From: the human T2T-CHM13v2.0 reference genome, Homo sapiens
Length of the DNA: 64,000 nt
Reading direction: 5' to 3' (one strand)
NCBI RefSeq assembly: GCF_009914755.1
Contig: NC_060937.1
A program made the translations under genes and the position numbers. Below are positions 47,675 through 64,000 of this stretch, piece after piece (the first letter of the stretch is position 1; every line of letters starts with the position of its first letter). The notes below the pieces were generated by a model, which saw only the letters and a program-made list of their open reading frames with translations, did no database searches and was not told the origin of the DNA.

Positions 47675-48440
47675 TGCTGTGAAGATGTGGAACGACAGGG
47701 ACTTATTCCTCACTGGTGGGGATGCAAAATGGTGCAGCCACTCTGGCAGAAGCTGGGCAGTTTCTGACACAAATAAGCCTCTTCCCAGAGGACCCAGCAT
47801 TGTGCTCCTTGGTATCTGCCCAAATGAGCTGAAAACCTGCACGTGGATGTTTACAGCAGCTTTATTCATAATTGCCAAAACTCAGAAGCAGCGAAGATGC
47901 CCTTCAGTAGGTGAGTGCTTAAGCTGCTGTAAATTCAGACACTGGGACGTGACTCAGTGTTAAAGAGAAACGAGCTCTCAGCCATGAAAAGACACGGAGG
48001 AAAATTACTGTGTATTCCTAAGTGAGAGAAGCCATTCTGAGAAGGGTGCACAGTGTATGACTCCAACTATATGACATTCTAGAAAAGGCAAAACTAGAGA
48101 CTGTAGAAAGACCAGTGATTTCCAGGGATGGGAAAGAGGGAAGGATGAGCAGACAGACCACACAGGATTTTTCAGGGCAGTGCAAGTATCCTGCGTGATG
48201 CTGGAATGGTGGAAACATGTCACTATACATTCACCCAAACCCAGAGCACACAGTGCCGAGAGTGAACCCTGATGCCAACTCTGGTCTCTGGGCAAAGCTG
48301 ATGCGTCAATGGTGGGGGATGCTGACAGTGTGGGGGGCGGTGTGGAGGGTAGCAGGTAGACAGGAATTCTCTGTACCTTACTCTCAAATTTGCTATGAAG
48401 CTAAAATGGCTCTAAAAAGCAAATCTATTAAATAAATAAT
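47675..48440 (+). mobile_element. L1MA/MB 3' fragment
   Basis: GGTGGGGATGCAAAATGGTGCAGCCACTCTGG...AGCAGCTTTATTCATAATTGCCAAAAC...A-rich end. Confidence 0.8.
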
Positions 48441-49268
48441 TTTAAAAAACCTTCCTGATGCCAGAATGTACAACTCTCAGAAACTTCTCCTCCACATGTG
48501 TAAGCAAAGCCCACACGGCCTGCTGGTAGCCACGCCTCACACGTGGCTGATGTGGGCGTCTGTGTTCCGGCCTGTGCGGGGAGCGGGACAGGGCACCACG
48601 GCGGGGGAAGGAAAGAACCTGAGGGGTCAGTGCTATGGATGGTTAGGATTCATTGGCACAGTTTATGGCGCAGAAAGACAGTGCCTAAAACCAGAAATAC
48701 CTTGAACAGTCTTTGGGGTCTGTCCCTGTTATTCTTGTTTGATTCCCTTAGACAGTATCCTTTTCAAATTATTTTAAATTTAGTTCCATATACTGCGCTT
48801 ACTATTTCTTCTCCATAAAAATGTTTTGACCTAATAACTCCCTGGAACAGAATAGAGCAAGGAAGAGATTCAAACAGATTGGAAGTTTAACACATAGTAA
48901 GACACGTATGGGAATTAAATGTACGGTAACACAGAAGAACGCGAAAATATGATGTACGTGTATGAGGTTTTCATGTGCGCTGAAAACCCTGGGGAGGAAA
49001 AAGGAGACAGTGACCAGCACTGTCTCCAGGGAATGGAGCCAGGCACGCTGGGGGCGGGGGTGGACGATGCCCCACTTGCCGTTTGAACTATATGCCTCAC
49101 AAGCTGGAGCCATCCACAGAAACCACACTAAATTTAAAACACAGCTGTGACCTGGGTAAGGCCAGTGTCTGAGCAAGTGGAGGGGTCTGCGCTCCAGATC
49201 TCATCTCCCCAGAGCTGAGACCCGAGGCAGAGGTCAGGGACCCACAGGGCTGAGCCCGGCCAACCCAC

Positions 49269-49352
49269 CTGGCTCTCCGACTGGACCAGGGACCACGCCG
49301 ACCAATTTGCCATACTTGTCTCCTCTAGACTTCAGATCGAAGTAGACATTGC
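49269..49352 (-). CDS. CARS2: CARS2 exon 6: (G)[27 protein letters not shown]
   Basis: ataaacag| ... |gtgggt; 84 nt, phase 1/1; VYFD and YGKL motifs. Confidence 0.96.
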
Positions 49353-49489
49353 CTGTTTATAAAGACAATTATGAATTCATCACTTCTCAGTCTGAATATC
49401 AGCATATTGACAACCTTAACATCTAACAAGTAATTAGAATTTAAATACAGAACATAGCATTTGGCCCCATATACATATATAGTATTTAT

Positions 49490-49639
49490 ATTTTTATAGA
49501 CAGGGTCTTGCTGTTGCTCAGGCTGGAGTGCAGTGGTACAATCACAGCTCACGATAGCCTTGAACTCCTTGGCTCAGGCAGTCTTCCCACCTCAACCTTA
49601 CCAGTAGGTGGGGCTATAGGAGTGACACCATGCCTGGCT
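49490..49639 (-). mobile_element. Alu right monomer (FRAM/AluJ fragment)
   Basis: Reverse monomer. Confidence 0.8.
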
Positions 49640-49825
49640 TAATATATTTGTTAACCAGAATTAAAAACAATACTATAAGATAAATGCATGATTTGGACAT
49701 ATCATGAGTACACAGACGTGAAAGTGAAAACACAAATGTAAGTTCTCTGTAAACTACTGAGACAATTATTTAATCAGAAAAAAGAAAAGTGTTATCACTG
49801 ACCTTCATTTAGATCTTGTGCCTTG

Positions 49826-49901
49826 TGTTACACAACAGCTAACAAAGACACTCTTTCTTTACTTTATGTTACACACCAGCTAGCAAAGACACTCTTTCTT
49901 T
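49826..49901. repeat. Tandem duplication, 41-bp period x2
   Basis: TGTTACACAnCAGCTAnCAAAGACACTCTTTCTTT twice. Confidence 0.85.
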
Positions 49902-49952
49902 GCCCAGTCATCTTCTAAAACTACCTTTTTACTCAGATTGAAAACATCATCT

Positions 49953-50092
49953 GGCTGGGTGCAGTGGCTCACGCCTCCAATCCCAGCACTTTGGGAGTCC
50001 GAGGCAGGAGGATTGTTTGAGCTGAAGAGTTCGAGACCAGCCTGGGCAACATAGTGAGACCCCATCTCTACCAAAAAAAACACACAAAAAAA
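49953..50092 (+). mobile_element. Alu left monomer (FLAM_C-like)
   Basis: Single monomer plus A tail. Confidence 0.82.
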
Positions 50093-50634
50093 TCATCTGC
50101 ATATTGAAGTGTCTGTGAGGCTGAGTGCCAAGGTCCGCTTTGCAGTCTGAGGTCAGAACCTTCTCCAGAGCCTCCTGCAAGCCTGGGCTGCCCTTGCCCC
50201 TTCCACCACAAAGCCTAAGAAAGCAGAGCTGGGGAGGAGGCACTCAGAGTGGGAGCTTCGTCAAGAAGAAAGCGCTACCAACCTATGCTCCAAGGCTGCC
50301 CGGCTGCAGCCGCTGTGTGTTCCAGGCCATGTGTCTCCCTAGGAAGGAGGCAATGCTCATCCGGGCTGTGACCATGGCCATTCTCAGTACCACAGATCCG
50401 CAGCCACCATCCAGCACCCTCCAACCACACAGCAGCATGTAGCTGTCCTCAGGCCCCAGGCGTGGGTGCAACTTTTAGCCTTTACAAAGTTTGAGTCTTC
50501 ACATTCTTTTTTACTAATGCAGTTACTGATTTGCATCAGTACTGTCCTTACTGCGGACACTGGTGTTGGTAAGATCAAGGAAACTTTGCAACTGGCAAAC
50601 ACAAGCTGCACCCAGGACCTGCCTCATGTCCTCA

Positions 50635-50927
50635 GCCTGGATGTCCCCCTCCTGTCCTCTGGTTCATCCCCAGCACCGAGTGCCAGCTTAGTGGTCAACC
50701 CCGAATGACCAGGGAGGACGCTGAAGGGACAGGGCAGGGTTTTCTGTTGAAATGTCACCCGGCTTTGTTTGCCCAAGCCACACTGGCCTTTCCTCCCACC
50801 AGTGACCATTGTGCTCAGAAAACCCTGCCCTGTCCCTGCAGCGTCCTCTCTGGTCATTCAGGGTTGACCATTAAGCTGGCACTCGGTGCTGGGGATGAAC
50901 CAGAGGACAGGAGGGGGACATCCAGGC
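50635..50927. repeat. Inverted repeat: 112-bp arms, 4 mismatches, 69-bp spacer
   Basis: 50635-50746 is the reverse complement of 50816-50927 (aligned by hand). Confidence 0.97.
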
Positions 50928-51405
50928 CCTGGGAGCTGCTTTCTATGAAGTCAGAATATAAACAGTGCTTTAAAAGCGCTTCACTGGAGAGAAACCACTC
51001 CCTTAAATGGTGGAAACATTCCCCCTTCACTTTGCTTTATGTTATCAATTTGCTGAAGAAATTGTTTTTCACCAAGAGTTCAAAGATCAAATTACAACCA
51101 AGCCCTTGTGGAATTGTAACAAAGTCCAAATTACTGGGGTTTGAGTGAATGTAAGTGTATTTTGAATTAATTATATTTATACTATCATTAAATTGTTTAT
51201 AATAAAACACAGTAACAAAACAACAAACAGCATTCAATCCTCAAGCCTGTGAAGACGAGAATCCCTAAAGACTCGTGAACATTTATCACTTTATTCCTAA
51301 AATGGAAGCACAGGCCCACATATCTTATTTCAAGTTACACGACAGCAAAAAATTAATTCCTGTGTTTTCTGGTGCAAACTCTAATTCAACCACCTAAGTC
51401 CTTTA

Positions 51406-51540
<135 letters not shown>

Positions 51541-52462
51541 GTTTTTCTTTGAAACAAAATCTAAATATACCACATTAGAACAAGTAAAAAGCTACTTCCA
51601 TACACAGAGCCTACTGAGCAGATCCTCAGGGCCTCACGTGCTCATCTTACGCTCCAAGTAGGACCCAGGAAGGACAGGAACGTCCAGGGCAGTGCTTCAT
51701 GCTTTCTGACTCATTGCAACAAACATTCAATACCTACGTATCTTCAGCCGTCGGCTGGATACTTTAAGGCGTCATTCAGTAAAGCAAAAGGTTTTTATGG
51801 TCTGAGAATTTATGATCTAGATGGGGACAAAATATGAATACATTAAACAGCAAACTATGGCAGTGCAGAACTGGCTGCCAAATGGTACAGCAGAGATATC
51901 AAGGCTGAGAAAGTAAGTTCACTTTCAACTGTGCTGGGTGAAGGAGAACTTCATGGAGAGATGAGGCTGTGGTCAGGGTTTGCAGCCAGGATGGGTGGGA
52001 TTTAGTTCGGATTTATGGCGATGCTTCATCACCAAAGCAGCAAAACAGCAAGACGCCAGCCTTGCCTGGGGTCCACCAGACAAAGATTAGCATCCGCAAA
52101 CCAATGAAACCACCTGCAGTAAGCAACATGCAAATCTAAACACAGACTGCTCCACAGGAAAACTGACCTGTCAGAGTCTTGAATCTACATGTGCTTACCC
52201 AGAAAAAATGAAAAAAAAAAAAAAAAAGAGAAAAAAAGAAAAAAAGAAAGAGGAGGGGAAAAAGTGAGGAGACTAAACCAACAAATGCACACGCAGCACA
52301 TGCCCTGGGGACAAGTGAGTATATTTAATACAGAGAGGACACGCGAAGCTAGCCAGAAATTCTTCATTGTCTGAGGTCTGACCATGACATCTGGACTCCT
52401 TTTATGCAGAGATGCATGTTGAAGTGTCATGGCTGATGCGACAGAACATCTGCAACTCACGC

Positions 52463-53185
<723 letters not shown>

Positions 53186-53607
53186 CCGCAACTCACTCGT
53201 AATGGCCTGTGAAAAAACGATAGCCAAACAGACGGGGGTGACCTGGGCTGACTTTTAATAAGAAGAGAGCAGGTCTCTGGAGGTACTGTGTTTGTCCCCA
53301 ACTTTTTGTTAGGAAAATACCTAAACAAAGATGAAATAACACCACAATGAACACCTGTACACCTACCACCTAGATTCCACGACTGTTACCAAGACTAGCT
53401 GTCCAGACGTTCCCCTCTCCCTGGAAAAGATATTTAGAACTAATTCAACCATTTCGCAAAGAGACACAATATTGTAGAAAACCCCACAACAGCTTTGCTG
53501 TTGGAATCCTAGCAAGACAGAAGTAAATTTTAGTATGTTCCTACAGCTGATAAATACATCCAGTTTCTCCAAATCCCAGTAATGTTTTAGTTTTAAGAAC
53601 ATAAACC

Positions 53608-53936
<329 letters not shown>

Positions 53937-53940
53937 CTAC

Positions 53941-54046
53941 CTTTTGCCGTTGAATAAGCGTTCCCACGAGCAATGATTCCTTCAATGAAAGAAATTATCT
54001 GAGGAATATTTTCGGTTACCCTCAGGTACACCGTGGGTGGGAGAAC
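53941..54046 (-). CDS. CARS2: CARS2 exon 5: [35 protein letters not shown](G)
   Basis: ccttgcag| ... |gtaggg; 106 nt. Confidence 0.97.
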
Positions 54047-54166
54047 CTGCAAGGAAGTGGAGACGTGACCGTGTTTCCCTCGTGAGAAGCACAGGTCAGC
54101 CAGCACCAGCTGTCATTGCTCACGCCTGTCACCCTCATGGCAGGAACAACCAGCCCCACACTTTAC

Positions 54167-54238
54167 CTTCAGGGCTGCCATGTCCTGCTTGAAGTCTTCC
54201 TCATAAAGACTGGCGAGGGAAGCGGGGGAAATATTCAT
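54167..54238 (-). CDS. CARS2: CARS2 exon 4: [24 protein letters not shown]
   Basis: cttctgcag| ... |gtaaag; 72 nt; exons 4-15 total 1302 nt, consistent with a 1695-nt CDS if exons 1-3 supply 393 nt. Confidence 0.96.
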
Positions 54239-54521
54239 CTGCAGAAGGATTAGATGTGCACGTTAATGAGTCTGGGGCATTCGCAACAGAACCACCCAGC
54301 CACAAGAAAGCCCACGTGCACAACACGACAGCAAACATACCCCGGCCACCTCCGGTGCCTCGGCCTCAGTTTGCCCCCACCCACTCACCAAAGCGGGGGC
54401 ACTCATTTTAGGTACTGAACTTTTACTAGTAGCTTAGCTAGAAAAAAAGGCTTATTGACCTTGTCTTCTGGTTAGAGAAGAAATAATGTCACAATTTCCA
54501 TTATATAGTAAAAAACAAACC

Positions 54522-54710
54522 AGCTGGGTGCAGCGGCTCACGCCTGTAATCCCAACACTTTGGGAGGCCAAGATGAGTGGATCGTTTGAGACCATGAGGT
54601 TGAAGCTGCGAACAGCCATGATCGTGCCACTGCAATCCCATCCTTGGCAACAGGACGAGACACCATCTCCGAAACAAAAATAAAAATAAAGTAAAATAGA
54701 AAACAAAACA
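54522..54710 (+). mobile_element. Alu monomer (FAM/FRAM-like)
   Basis: Monomeric, diverged, A-rich tail. Confidence 0.75.
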
Positions 54711-54846
54711 TACCAAGGATCCTCCACTTTTCTAAGACAAGGGCAAAATCACCCTAGTCCAGTCTGTATGATAAGAAACTAGGTTCCTATCTTATCCCTT
54801 AATCCTCAGGAGAAAAAAAAAATAGTCAAAAATATACTAAAGAGGA

Positions 54847-55148
54847 GGCTGGGTGTTGTGGGTCATAGCTATAAATCCCAGCACTTTGGGAGACTAAGGC
54901 AGGTGGATGACATGAGGCCGGGAGTTTGAGACCAGCCTGGCCAACACGGTGAAACCCCGTCTCTACTTAAAATACAAAAGTTAGCCAGGCATGGTGGTGC
55001 ACACCTGTAATCCCAGAGACTCAGGTGGCTGAGGCAGGAGAATCACTTGAACTCAGGAGGCGGAGGTTGCAGTCAGCCAAGAAGGTGCCACTGCACTCCA
55101 GCCTGGGCGACAGAGCAAGACTCTCTTCCAAAACAAACAAAAAAGAAA
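54847..55148 (+). mobile_element. AluS
   Basis: Dimeric Alu. Confidence 0.9.
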
Positions 55149-56166
55149 GATCAAAAAGGAACTTCTAAAGAAATATTTTGAAAGTAATTTAACACACTAC
55201 AACTGGGATTTAATGGAGTACTCATTCCCTCGGGTCCCATGGCTGGGTTTCTGGAGATAGACCATCAAAACAGTCCAATCAATTCCAAATGTGGGGGCCT
55301 TGGGGGCACGCATCTGCAGCCCCTGCCACATTATCCAAGGAGGCTGAGACACAAGACTAGGTTCGCTCATGTTATTTCATAATTTCAATGAAAAACTCTA
55401 CATGAACAGATGCACAAGACACTGTGAAGCTCTGGAATGGAGCCGGGCATCATAACTGCTGGTCCTGCTCAAATGGCCTTTGGGCCTCCCAAGCACAGCA
55501 CCTGCCACCTGCTAGTCTCCCCGAGCTGCTCCACGCAGCCTCGGGAACCAAGTCTCCCCATTTCACAGGTGAAGGAATTACCACTCTAGAATACTGAGAA
55601 ACTTTCTCAAGCGCAACGCCACACGTGGGGCCAGGTCCCAACCATGTGACCCTGAGACCCAGGGCTCTGAATGGCATAGTCAACCCAGAAAGCCCCACCA
55701 AAGAATACCCACTGAAGAAAGCAAGCTGGTGAACTATGCGTTGCTACCCAGGTGTTGTTTAAGCTTTGGGGTCTTGGGCAAATCAATAATCAAACCTCTT
55801 GGCCTTCAGTTACTTTACAGCATGGAGATATTCTACCTAGTAATCCCTTAGACTGCTAGAAGAACCACTGTGTATATACGGGCAGGACAGCTTTGTAAAA
55901 GAAAACATTACATAAATATCACATTAAAGAGAGAAAATACACAGCACCTAGCACATAGCTGGTACTCCAATACACTTCAGCCCCTCTCCTGCGGTACAGT
56001 TTTGTGGCAAAGCAGACCTTTACAACAATAAATCAGTTAATGTATGTCTATCCAGGGGACAAAAGACCAAAGGAAAAAACCCAAAAGTACTGTGTCTTCT
56101 TGCCGCTTCAGACTCCCCCGGAAGTCTCAAATTCCATGCAATTTTGGGCCTAAAGATCAGTGGGGT

Positions 56167-56472
56167 GGCCGGGCGCGGTGGCTCACGCCTGTAATCCTCA
56201 CACTTTGGGAGGCCGACGTGGGCAGATCATGAGGTCAGGAGATCTAGACCATCCTGGCTAACATGGTGAAACCCCGTTGCTACTGAAAATACAAAAAATC
56301 AGCTGAGCGTGGTGGCAGGCGCCTGTAATCCCAGCTACTCAGGAGGCTGAGGCAGGAGAATCGCTTGAACCCAGGAACTGGAGGTTGCAGTGAGCCAACA
56401 CTGCCCCACTGCACTCTAGACTGGGCGACAGAGCGAGATCCTGTCTCAAAAAAATAAAAAATAAAATAATAA
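56167..56472 (+). mobile_element. AluSc-like
   Basis: Dimeric Alu; flanking TAAAGATCAG repeat. Confidence 0.9.
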
Positions 56473-57205
56473 AGATCAGCAGGTTGCTTAATCTATATTT
56501 TTCTGCAGAGGTAATTTATTGCCAGGAGAAGTCAAATGGCATGAAGGGGTGCCCAGACTTGGCTTTCCTCCCAGAAGGAAAATACAGCGACCAGTTTTCC
56601 CACAAGCATGAACGTGGTTATATATATACATTTGCATCTTTTTCTTGGAATCCCCAAATGCAGCCCATTCCACACTCTGCTCTGTGCTGCTAGCTTCTCT
56701 CCCTCGCAGCACACAGAATCCTGGGGGTCCATCATGCTGGACACACTGAGCTGCCTCGCTCCTTTCAAGGTGGCCTCTACTCCCCCTTCCAGATGTGTCG
56801 CTACGTGCTTACCCGGTCCTGTCCCGATGCACATCCCATCCTCACCACTACAAACACAACTGTGCACAGGTCACTTTGCAGCAGCCCAAGTGTGCCTGTG
56901 AGCTACACTCGTAGGCAGGAGACAGAGGGCACAGGCTCATGGACTTGGCCGCTCCTGCAAGCTGCCTTCCAGGAAAGCTGTGCCAGCTACACCCGACCAG
57001 CAACACCTGGAGGTGTCTGTCTTCCTCTGCCCTCACCTGCAGGGTCAGCCAACTTTCACATGGTGTCAGTGTGACAGCTGACAAGTGCTTTGCTCTTTAA
57101 GCTTTTACCTCTTTTGAGTAAATCTGAACATCTCCCATGTTTAGGAACTATCTGCATTAAATGACCTGTAGTTATCCACACCTGTGTTTCTATTGAGTGG
57201 TATAG

Positions 57206-57535
<330 letters not shown>

Positions 57536-58206
57536 GGAAGTATTTTTATATTAAAGAAATTAACCTTTTATCGCTGATATAATTTCCATTTTTCCACAGT
57601 TTTTCAACTTTATGGTTGTTTCATGAAATGTAAAAACTGTCATTTTTATACTTAGCAATCTTTCATATTTCTGAATCTTTTCTCATAAATGGCTTCTGGA
57701 TTTGGAAACAAACTTACAAAGCCTCCCCAGTATGAGGCTATCAAATTTGCCTTGGGGTCTCTTTTATATTTAAATCTCTGACCTGCCTTGAATGCGGCTA
57801 TGACGCCTCTATCTACCTCTGGCTTATGTTTTTCTCCAGATGACCCCTAGCTGCCAACACTCTACCTCCCACCCCTACTGATTTGAAATGCCATCTTTTA
57901 TCATAAAACAAACTCCCATTGATTATCAGGGCTGTTTCTGGACTTTTTGGTGTATTCCATCATCTGTTTATGCGTGCTTTGTACAGGTGTTTAATTTCTG
58001 CAGGCTTTAAAGCCACAGATAACAGATCAGCAGATGCTTGGACACCAGAGGGTTAGGGGGTGCAGGGAGGAGTCCCGAGGGGCACAGACACAGGGGTGAG
58101 GGATGCATCCACAGGGGCATCCCTAGGTCAACATTTGGCAAACTGCACCTTCCTGAATAATACATGCAATCTATTGTAGGTCAATCCTACCACATAAAGC
58201 TGTGCA

Positions 58207-58207
58207 G

Positions 58208-58255
<48 letters not shown>

Positions 58256-58358
58256 TATATATATATACACATATACATATATATATACACACATACATAT
58301 ATATACACACACATATATACATATATATATATACACACACATATATATACATATATAT
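58207..58358. repeat. A-run followed by a compound (TA)n/(CA)n microsatellite
   Basis: Seen directly. Confidence 0.95.
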
Positions 58359-58406
58359 GAGAAAACAAAAACCTTCTATAGCTTTTAAAATGTTTTCATA
58401 TTTGGT

Positions 58407-58714
<308 letters not shown>

Positions 58715-58831
58715 GTTTTCATATTTGATAGGGCTAGTCCCTCTCAATATTCATCTTTTATAGACTTTTCCTATTCTTCCTTTTTTTTTTTTTTTTGCTG
58801 TTCTATATGAACTTTAGAATTAATTTATCTA

Positions 58832-59916
<1,085 letters not shown>

Positions 59917-60229
59917 TAACCTGAAACATATGATCATTCCTCATACCGGGGTAGTGCTGCTTTCTCACTGCCATAAAACAAATAGACGAGGTAGAAAGGC
60001 GCTAAAATGGGGTCCTAGTCCTGTTTCGGATTCTCTCAGGTAGCTCTAACGATCGTAAATCATTTTAAGTTAGCTATCTCTCCAGGACAGGAGCCCGCTG
60101 GCTGGGCCCTGTGTCCAGCCCTTCCTCAACATTTCACCTTCTTCCAGAAAGCCAGGGTGATGCAGGCCAGTGTCCCGGCACACAAAAAGAGAAACTTTGG
60201 CTTGAATTACTTGGAGACATATATAATAA

Positions 60230-60569
<340 letters not shown>

Positions 60570-60574
60570 TTACT

Positions 60575-61008
<434 letters not shown>

Positions 61009-61144
61009 TTATTATAATTTAAAATATTTTAAAAACAAGTCTTGGAGCAGATGGCACGAAAGATATTGTTATCATTTTAAAAGCTTGCATGAGAAGAAAC
61101 CCAATGTCCAACGGTGGAAGAATATGGGTAAAGAAAACGCAGCA

Positions 61145-61711
61145 CAGTCGGCTCTCTGTATCCTAGGGTTCTGCATCTGTGGGTTCAATCGATCTCATAT
61201 AGAAAATATTAAGAAATAATGCCAGGCACAGTGACTCATGCCTGTAATCCCAGCACTTTGCGAGGCCAAGGCAGGAGGGTTGCTTGAGCCCAGGAATTAG
61301 AGACCAGCCTGAGCAACTTAGAAGGCCCTGTCTCTTCAAAAAATACAAAAATTAACTGGGCATGGTGACACATGCCTGTGGTCCCCGCTACTCTGGAGGC
61401 TGAAGTGGGAGGATCCCTGAGCCTGGGAGGGTGAGGCTGTAGTGAGCCGTGATTATGCCACTGCACCCCAGCCTGGGTAACAGAGTGAGACCCTATCTTA
61501 AAACTAAATAAATAATAAAAAATAATACAAATTTTTAAAAAATATAGTACTACTATTTATAGAGCATTTACATTGTATTAGTTATTAAAAGTAATCTAGA
61601 TATGATTTAAAGTATATGGGAAGATGTGCATAGATTAAGTGCAAATATATTTTATATCAGGGACTCGAGCATCCAAGGATTTTGGTATGTGGGGAGGGGG
61701 TCCTGGAACCA
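61145..61711 (+). mobile_element. Tigger3-like (MER2 group) relic interrupted by AluJ (~61220-61530)
   Basis: CAGTCGGCTCTCTGTATCC... and ...GAGCATCCAAGGATTTTGGTAT..GGTCCTGGAACC; strand uncertain. Confidence 0.65.
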
Positions 61712-61994
61712 AAACAAAAGCATATATATTCAGAAGATAGACAGCAAGGAGAGTGTACATGCAATGTGACATTATTCAGCCATAAAAAGGAAGGAACTTC
61801 CGGCACAGGCTGCAGGTGGATGAACCTTGAGGAATTATGCACCATTTAATGCTGTAAATGTACTTAATGCCACTGAATTGCACATTTAAAAATGTTTAAA
61901 ATCGTAAATTTTATATTATAAAAAAGGTAAAGAAGAAAAATAAAAGTTTTAATTTTACCTTCAAAAAAGTTTACATTGGATAAAAAGAATTACC

Positions 61995-62730
61995 TTTTTT
62001 TTTTTTTAAATTATACTTTAAGTTCTGGGACACATGTACAGAAAGTGCAGGTTTGTTACACAGGTATACACGTGCCATGGTGGTTTGCTGCACCCATCAA
62101 CCCGTCATCTACATTAGGTATTTCTCCTAATACTATCCCTCCCCTAGCCCCCCAACCCCCGACAGGCGCCGGGTGTGTGATGTTCCCCTCCCTGTGTCCA
62201 TGTGCTCTCATTGTTCAACTCCCACTTATGAGTGAGAACCATGCGGTGTTCGGTTTTCTGTTCCTGTGTTAGTTTGCTGAAAATGATGGTTTCCAGCTTC
62301 ACCCGTGTCCCTGCAGAAGACATGAACCCATCCTTTTCTATGGCTGCACAGTATTCCATGTGCCACATTTTCTTCATCCAGTCTATCACTGATGGGCATC
62401 TGGGTTGGTTCCAAGTCTTTGCTATTGTGGACAGTGCTGCAATAAACATACGTGTGTATGTGTCTTTATAGTAGAATGATTTATAATCCTTTGGGTATAT
62501 ACCCAGTAATGGGATTGCTGGGTTAAATGGTATTTCTGGTTCTAGATCCTTGAGGAATCGCAACACTGTCTTCCACAATGGTTGAACTAATTTACACTCC
62601 CACCAACAGTGTAAAAGCGTTCCTATTTCTCCACATCCTCGCCAGCATCTGTTGTTTCCTGACTTTTTAATGATCGCCATTCTAACTGGCATGAGATGTT
62701 ATCTCACTGTGGTTTTGATTTGCATTTCTT
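61995..62730 (-). mobile_element. 5'-truncated L1PA (PA6-8-like) 3' end
   Basis: ORF2 C-terminal [27 protein letters not shown], 3'UTR and poly-T; TSD AAAGAATTACCTTTT. Confidence 0.93.
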
Positions 62731-63664
62731 AAAGAATTACCTTTTCACTAAATACTAAAAAACAGATGTTTTCATAACTATGGGTTTCAGATACATGTTT
62801 TATTACATTGAAGTCAGACATTATTTTGAGGAAAGAAACTATTCAATACCATCTTAGGATCTTGCTGTGTACCAAGTATGGAAATTCTCTGGTTCAAAAA
62901 TTAACTACTCTCTACAGTTAGAATGTTTAACCAATTCTACCAAGTTTTTCATATTCTAATCATAACATTTTTAAAAAAGTTAACAACCAATCCCTCCTTG
63001 TGGCATCTGTGAAATTAACTCTTGCTTCTTCCTCCCTTTACCACGCTGGCCACCTCCTCCTTCCTGCAGTTCTCTGCTCCCTGGATTCGGGGCTCTTGTC
63101 CCGCTTCTCTGATGGCAACGTTCCTGCCCCACCTTCCCCATCGCCCCCATGACACCCTCCGAGTACACTGTGTCCTCACCTCTCCTCCCATCCCCTGCGG
63201 GGCCCTTTCTCTGTCCCATGGGGCTCCCTCCAGAACTCAGCCAGTGTCTCAGCCTCTACCAGCTCCCTGCCACCAGGACATGGGGACTGACACAATTCTT
63301 TCTGATCTTGAAGATTCATGAGAGGCACGAAGCTACCAAGTGCTTTCATTTCAGGCTCTGGCTGCCCCGACGGCAGGTGAAAGCCCCGAACCACTGACCT
63401 TCCTTCTTTACCAGTGGGGCATTTCCAAACACCACCTCTGCTGAGGGTTACCTGGTGACTATGCATTCACGCACAGCCTTAGACATCACGCACCTGCCTT
63501 CTAAATCCTGCCTCTTATAGGCTGGGGGTAAGGATGTGAAGAAATACATTTAAAGTGGGAGCCGATTTCCAGCACTGCCAGTCTCTCAATGATCTGACTC
63601 TCAGTTGCAAGATATCAAATAAACTGTTCCCCCTTTGACCTAGCAATTCCGCTTTGGAAATTAA

Positions 63665-63951
<287 letters not shown>

Positions 63952-64000
63952 ACAGGAAATATATTTATAAGTAAACAAAACAAAAGCATATATGTTCATA

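Noticed and set aside
52165-52262. Long minus-strand U-tract followed by donor-like GTAAGC and GTCAGT
   Set aside because: No acceptor AG directly after the tract; likely an orphan poly-A relic

Overview
Human (or very close primate) euchromatic DNA from the NAXD-CARS2 locus (13q34 by recall). The + strand carries the last five coding exons and 3' UTR of NAXD/CARKD (ATP-dependent NAD(P)HX dehydratase). Facing it tail-to-tail on the - strand are exons 4-15 of CARS2 (mitochondrial cysteinyl-tRNA synthetase / cysteine persulfide synthase); exons 1-3 lie beyond the right edge. I read all 17 exons by hand: GT-AG boundaries, consistent phases, continuous peptides. The introns hold a full-length but dead L1PA4/5 (36001-42127, intact TSD), a near-complete Tigger1 nested in a MER34-like LTR, about 30 Alus, MaLR/hAT relics and several VNTRs. 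I found no evidence of a new multi-gene system. The best leads are: (i) a 'gene-breaking' layout of the antisense L1 in CARS2 intron 7, whose antisense promoter points at an exon starting with an in-frame, good-context ATG; (ii) a 112-bp/112-bp, 96%-identical non-Alu inverted repeat in intron 5; (iii) a dual-frame alternative acceptor in the last NAXD exon; (iv) a dispersed 240-bp duplication; (v) a G-rich VNTR abutting the exon 7 acceptor. Repeat family names come from recalled consensus sequences and repeat boundaries are approximate.
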